Assembly: GCA_964508365.1 (NCBI GenBank) | Contig: CAZDTP010000016.1 | Coordinates: forward strand, 65-64,064 | DNA length: 64,000 nucleotides | DNA from: an uncultured archaeon | GTDB taxonomy: Archaea; Asgardarchaeota; Lokiarchaeia; Sigyniarchaeales; SOKP01 | Direction: 5' to 3' | In this document: in pieces, positions 59,350 to 64,000 of the stretch | How positions within the stretch are numbered: position 1 is the first letter of the stretch | Layout: each line of letters begins with the position of its first letter | Program-made: the position numbers and the translations under genes | The notes under the pieces: model-generated | What the model was told of the DNA's origin: nothing | Database searches by the model: none | Seen by the model: the letters and a program-made list of their open reading frames with translations, nothing else

Positions 59350-59483
59350 GCCAAGGTGGCGTAGTAGAGGCTCTATATCAGAGTTCTGCGAAACCCGGGA
59401 ACGCACTAGACTGAAGATCTAGGTATCGAGGGTTCAAAATACCCTTTGCGAAGTGCAACGGTATGAAAATCCCTCCCTTGGCA
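59350..59483 (+). tRNA. tRNA-Phe(GAA) with two non-canonical introns (59365-59393 at 15/16; 59439-59469 at 59/60)
   Basis: GCCAAGG/CCTTGGC-A acceptor stem and CTAGA-CTGAAGA-TCTAG anticodon arm; removing both inserts gives a 74-nt cloverleaf; BHB motifs at the junctions. Confidence 0.88.
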
Positions 59484-59499
59484 TTTTGCTATTACTTTT

Positions 59500-60036
59500 T
59501 TAACCCCTTAATTTGAGTTCTTGTCTTCTTTTATCTTTACTTATAAAATCCTTAAATTCAGAATTATTATCGTCAATGAATTCCCAAAACTCATCATATA
59601 TTTCTTTTAGACTTCTTTTGCTCTCATGTTTCTTACTTTCCTTCGATTTTTGCCTTAAATCCTTATTATCCTTCACATTAGGTCGATATCCAACGTAATT
59701 GCCTTCCACAATTAAGTTATCAAACAACTCGTTCTCACTTCCACTAAATAGTTGTATTTCTGTTTGTTCCTTTTGATCTTCCTTGTTTTCAAATTCAAAA
59801 TCCACTTTTTGATATCCGCGAACAGCAAAGTTTTTATCAAGAAAAGCTTGAAAGTGATGTTCGCAAATCAATCCTTTTGGCAAAGAAATTGTGGTTAAGT
59901 GCCGAGCTTTGTTAATCACCGATTTAGGGAATTTCATAACTTTACTTGATTTGCATATGGGACAATCAATTTTAACGTTAGAATATTCGTTGAGTTCGCC
60001 AATTTGAGTATTAAAGTTTTCCTGTAAAATAGCCAT
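59500..60036 (-). CDS. Hypothetical zinc-binding protein
   Basis: CPIC...CEHHFQAFLDKNFAVRGYQ motif; SD GGGTG. Confidence 0.75.
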   Translation of the reverse strand: MAILQENFNTQIGELNEYSNVKIDCPICKSSKVMKFPKSVINKARHLTTISLPKGLICEHHFQAFLDKNFAVRGYQKVDFEFENKEDQKEQTEIQLFSGSENELFDNLIVEGNYVGYRPNVKDNKDLRQKSKESKKHESKRSLKEIYDEFWEFIDDNNSEFKDFISKDKRRQELKLRG

Positions 60037-60149
60037 AGTTACTACACCCGCAAAATAGTTAGAAACAAAGCATAAAAACTCCTATAATAATTTACTATAA
60101 TAGGAAAAAAGCAGTAAAGAAAATTAAATAAGGTTAGAAAGAGAGGGTG

Positions 60150-60692
60150 TTACAATTCTTTTGGATCAAATTTCTGATTTAAGTTTTCTGGTCCTAATTC
60201 GAAGCTAAATTCGAGAGTAGGGATAACTTCCGATTTAAACTTGAAAGTGTGCTTTCCTTCTGAAAATTTTTCTAAACCTTCTTCATCAATTTTAATTAAA
60301 ATGTTTATAGCATCTCCTAAAGCTATAATTCTTCCAGCTAGCTTTCCACTCAATAAATCATCAACAGTAAATCCTTTATCCTTTAGATAAAATCTGAAAT
60401 GGTCTTTCAGTTTCTTGACATCAACCTCGTTCTTTGACACATTTATCGGAAACTCATCGAGATATATTTTTCCATAATCAGAAAGTTCAAAATGATTAAT
60501 ATCGAAATTTTTCGTGCTGAATCCACCGAGTTCAATTTCTTTAGGAACTTGGATCGGCATGATCACATTCATTGCTTTAATAAGAAGAGAGTCTGCTTTT
60601 CCATCGTCGTTTGTGTCAACAGTGTAAATGGACTTCTTAGCGGGAAATACTTTTTTAAAGAGTACTTTAAGTGCGGAAATATCGAAAGACAT
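60150..60692 (-). CDS. Hypothetical protein with DxNxDG Ca-binding-like loop
   Basis: DTNDDGKAD motif; beta-rich. Confidence 0.7.
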   Translation of the reverse strand: MSFDISALKVLFKKVFPAKKSIYTVDTNDDGKADSLLIKAMNVIMPIQVPKEIELGGFSTKNFDINHFELSDYGKIYLDEFPINVSKNEVDVKKLKDHFRFYLKDKGFTVDDLLSGKLAGRIIALGDAINILIKIDEEGLEKFSEGKHTFKFKSEVIPTLEFSFELGPENLNQKFDPKEL

Positions 60693-60771
60693 AATTATTA
60701 TTGCAAATAAGATGATAATTTTCTATCTTTGAGTTAAATAATTATTATTCAATTAAAAATTTATGATACGA

Positions 60772-61821
60772 TTAAGGTGTTGTAATGATTTTTACGCACT
60801 TTCTTTCTTTCATTAGTTTAAACCCAGTTGAAATTAATTTTTCTAAAGGTATCATTGTCGTTATTAATTTTTCAACATCTATTACCTTGTTTGAAATTAG
60901 CTCGATCGCGTCTAAAAAATCTTCAGCATAACCAATATAAGATCCCATAATTTTCCTCTGATATCTTACGATGTCATTTGGTTTAATTTTTGCCTCAGCT
61001 CTGTAGTCTTGCCCAAAACAAATCAATCGAGCACCAGGAGCCCATATTTTAGTAGCCATTTCAAAAGTATCTGCAATCCCCACGGCATCAATAATCACAT
61101 CTGCTCCTTCACCACCGGTTATATTTTGAATTTCTTGTTTTACATCCTGCGTTTTAGGATTAATCCAATGATCAGCACCAAGTTCTAATGCTTTCTGGCC
61201 ACGCCATTGATCTATTTCTATACAAATTAATTTTTTTATTGGATGTTTCCTTATAACCGATTCGATAATTAAACCCATAGGGCCTGCTCCAATTATAGCA
61301 ACATTATCTGATTCCTTGACATCCGCAATATTATGACAATGAACCGCACATGATAGGGGTTCAACTAAACTTGCTGCTATCATATCAATAGAATCGGGAA
61401 GTTTGAATAGTGCTTTTCTTGGTAAAACACAATATTTCGCAAACCCACCGTTTTGAAAGATACCAAATGTTGTTCCTTGAGCCATATATTCACATAAATT
61501 TGACAGACCCCTCCTACAATTGATGCAATACCCGCATTTTTCATTCGGATCAGCAACGACTTTATCACCAATTTCTAAATCTTGAACGCTCTCTCCAACT
61601 TCTCTGACTATTCCTGCAAATTCATGTCCTAAAATTGTATCGTCATTAGCAGGATGTCCTCCCTCTATTATTTTTAAATCGGTACCGCAAATCCCACAAG
61701 CTTTTATTTCTATTAATACTTGATTGTTTTTTGTAATGTAAGGTAGGTCAACTTCTTCTAATTTAATATCGCCACTTATTTTATCACCTTTGTGAAATAC
61801 TGCTGCTAACATTTTTTCCAT
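60772..61821 (-). CDS. Zinc-dependent alcohol/polyol dehydrogenase (MDR family)
   Basis: CGICGTD, GHE, CxxCxxC...C, EPLSC and GAGPMG motifs. Confidence 0.94.
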   Translation of the reverse strand: MEKMLAAVFHKGDKISGDIKLEEVDLPYITKNNQVLIEIKACGICGTDLKIIEGGHPANDDTILGHEFAGIVREVGESVQDLEIGDKVVADPNEKCGYCINCRRGLSNLCEYMAQGTTFGIFQNGGFAKYCVLPRKALFKLPDSIDMIAASLVEPLSCAVHCHNIADVKESDNVAIIGAGPMGLIIESVIRKHPIKKLICIEIDQWRGQKALELGADHWINPKTQDVKQEIQNITGGEGADVIIDAVGIADTFEMATKIWAPGARLICFGQDYRAEAKIKPNDIVRYQRKIMGSYIGYAEDFLDAIELISNKVIDVEKLITTMIPLEKLISTGFKLMKERKCVKIITTP

Positions 61822-61981
61822 TTTATTTACCTCAAAATATTTATAGGAAGTTGTAGGTTATTTCCTACTAAACCAAGATTTAATATTAAATAAAAGTTTT
61901 AGCTAAAGACTTATATTAATTAAAATTTAAATTCAATTAACTCTATTAAATTATTTTTATAAAAAAATGGTTGATGAATGA

Positions 61982-63394
61982 ATGAATGAAAGAAAATCTG
62001 AGAAGGTTCCTCTTGGAAAGCGAATTGCCTTTGCATGTGGTGAAGTTGGAGATAATACCGCATTACAAATATTCTCATTCCTTATTTTTACATTCTATTT
62101 TGCAATTGTAGGATTGCCTGTTCTTTGGATTACTGCTGGTTTTATTTTATGGAGTTTTTGGAATGCCATAAACGATCCTTTTATAGGATATCTTTCTGAC
62201 CGTACTAAAACTAGATGGGGGAGAAGAATTCCTTGGATGTTAGGCGCCACTATTCCATTAGCCATAGTAATGATTTTACTTTTTACACCACCTATGGCTC
62301 TTAATTCGGATGTAATAAACTTCGTATACTTCTTTCTAATTCTTTTTATCTTTGATACTGTTTATACAGCGTTTAATCTAAATTATAATGCTATTTTTTC
62401 TGAAATGTTTGTATCTATGGAAGCTCGTAGTTCAACAGGAAAAGTTAGGATAAGTTTTGTGATGGTTGCACTGATTTTTGCGTTTATCCTTCCCACATTA
62501 ATTATAGAAGATTTCTTAGGGGGTAATCCACAAACACCAGCAACTATAAGTAAAGCATTAGGGGAATATCAGTTAACAGGAATTATTGCTGCAGTTGTAA
62601 TTATTATCACATATTCCATAATTTTGAAATGGGGTGTAAAAGAACCTAAACATATCTCAAAAGACGCTGAAACCGCAATGTCTTTTGTAAAAACGCTGAA
62701 AACTACATTTAAGAATAAGTCTTTCCTATGGTTTTTAATACCTGCTTTAGGAACATGGATTGCTATAAATATTTTACCAACTTTGGCACCACTTTTTATG
62801 ATCCATGTTCTTGGAGTTACAGATTCGGAATTAATTGGTCTTGTTCTAGCTCTACAGTTCATTGCAGCTGCCGTTTCCACTCCTTTATGGGAAAAAATTC
62901 GTGTTAAAAAAGGGGCTCGTATGGCGGGATTGATAGGGATTGCAGCATGGATAATTCCTATACTATTTTTTGCTTTCGCGATAAACATTGAAATGGTTTT
63001 TATTGTGCAAATCTTCAACGGAATTGGTTTAGGCGGAGGATTGTACTTCTACGATCAGTGTATCGCAGAAATTATTGATGAAGATGAGGTTATGCATGGC
63101 ACAAGGCGATCAGGTATTTACTATGCTGTCCTTAATTTCCTTATTAGATTATCGTATATTATTAATTTCATCTTAATAGGGATAGTCTTCAGTACAACAG
63201 ATTGGCAAAACTATAATCCAAATCCGAACGTAGATACGATATTAGGACTTCAGATACTGATAGGCGTTTATCCAGCGATCGTCCTTGGACTTTCATTGAT
63301 AGGGATGTACTTCTATCCAATTAAAGGTGATAAACTCAAGGAAAATCGAAGGAAATTAACAGAAATGCACGAAGAAAAACAAAAAAGCCTATAA
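61982..63394 (+). CDS. GPH-family (Na+/melibiose-type) MFS transporter
   Basis: WNAINDPFIGYLSDRTKTRWGRRIPW and DEDE...G.RRSG motifs. Confidence 0.92.
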   Translation: MNERKSEKVPLGKRIAFACGEVGDNTALQIFSFLIFTFYFAIVGLPVLWITAGFILWSFWNAINDPFIGYLSDRTKTRWGRRIPWMLGATIPLAIVMILLFTPPMALNSDVINFVYFFLILFIFDTVYTAFNLNYNAIFSEMFVSMEARSSTGKVRISFVMVALIFAFILPTLIIEDFLGGNPQTPATISKALGEYQLTGIIAAVVIIITYSIILKWGVKEPKHISKDAETAMSFVKTLKTTFKNKSFLWFLIPALGTWIAINILPTLAPLFMIHVLGVTDSELIGLVLALQFIAAAVSTPLWEKIRVKKGARMAGLIGIAAWIIPILFFAFAINIEMVFIVQIFNGIGLGGGLYFYDQCIAEIIDEDEVMHGTRRSGIYYAVLNFLIRLSYIINFILIGIVFSTTDWQNYNPNPNVDTILGLQILIGVYPAIVLGLSLIGMYFYPIKGDKLKENRRKLTEMHEEKQKSL

Positions 63395-63577
63395 TAATCT
63401 AATTATTTTTTTTTATTATATTTCAAATCCATTTTTCTGGTATTATTCTTGGCATTATTTAGTCTTCATATTTCAAAAAAAGTTTGATCGCCATAGAATA
63501 GGATTTCACGCCATTTTAAAACATCGGGGAAAAAAAATAAAATTAAAAAAAATAAAATGTTTAATTTTATAAGTTAA

Positions 63578-64000
63578 TTACAATTTTGCTCCGCAATAAG
63601 CACAATATACTGCGGTTCCTTCACGTTTTACTGAAGTTCCGCAGTTAGAACAATAAATCCCTTTCTCTTGAGATGGTGGTTGATTAGAAGGTGTAATTTC
63701 TACATGCTTTGCCTCGCCAGTTTTAGTAGAGAATTTGCCTCTCAATTCACCTCTTGCCTTGAGATCTAATACTATTGCTCGAGCATCTTTAGTTGTTATC
63801 CCTGTATTAGTGGCGATTTGTTCAATCGAAGCCGTAGGATTTTCTTCAAATTCGAGCTTAACAACATTTCTTAACTTACTTCTGCTTGTAAGCTTATAAA
63901 TTTGGCTCGATATTATTGATAATCCAATCGCAATCCATAAAAATCCAAACCACCACCACCAGTTAAAAACATTTTCAAGGAGAGTATTAAATCCCCACCA
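63578..64000 (-). CDS. Membrane protein with PCI-like winged helix and double zinc ribbon (partial, 5' end outside the window)
   Basis: Manual translation: TM (WWFGFLWIAIGLSII), then SIEQIATNTGITTKDARAIVLDLKARGELRGKF, then YCSNCG...YCAYCG. Confidence 0.75.
   Translation of the reverse strand, partial: WWGFNTLLENVFNWWWWFGFLWIAIGLSIISSQIYKLTSRSKLRNVVKLEFEENPTASIEQIATNTGITTKDARAIVLDLKARGELRGKFSTKTGEAKHVEITPSNQPPSQEKGIYCSNCGTSVKREGTAVYCAYCGAKL

Noticed and set aside
2309-63018. Numerous short antisense or overlapping ORFs in the track (e.g. 2786-3049, 7784-8065, 34128-34814, 43735-44097, 52809-53393, 62569-63018)
   Set aside because: Shadow ORFs on the opposite strand or in an alternate frame of well-supported genes.

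Overview
This is an AT-rich archaeal chromosome segment. Its gene content points to an Asgard archaeon, probably of the Lokiarchaeia type: eS26, eL39/eL31/LX, aIF6, TFB, Gar1, archaeosine enzymes, Roadblock proteins and a TM/PCI-like/zinc-ribbon protein. It contains CdhE, a divergent CbiMN/QO cobalt-nickel transporter, trmY, gar1-tfb, arcS-RaSEA, ahcY and dnaG. The conserved eS19-PDCD5-eL39-eL31-aIF6-LX-pfdA-ftsY-secE operon is present but interrupted by a stand-alone BRCT gene and two membrane-anchored CocE/NonD hydrolases. Downstream lie yhbY-rpp21-nep1, a duplicated tRNA-Gly flanking a 2.9-kb ABC-transporter island, and an accessory block with DNA-repair genes and an EutA-like fusion. Four signals are not explained by the ORF track. 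(1) A ~300-nt intergenic candidate structured ncRNA (21945-22260) with a 15-bp terminal helix, repeated hairpin modules, a TATA-like box and a T-tract. (2) A tRNA-Phe split by two introns at non-canonical positions (D-loop and T-loop). (3) Several genes, including eS19, whose best start codon is AUU/AUC/AUA behind an SD motif. (4) A Nob1-like PIN-TPR gene abutting eS26. All calls come from manual motif reading; no searches were run.
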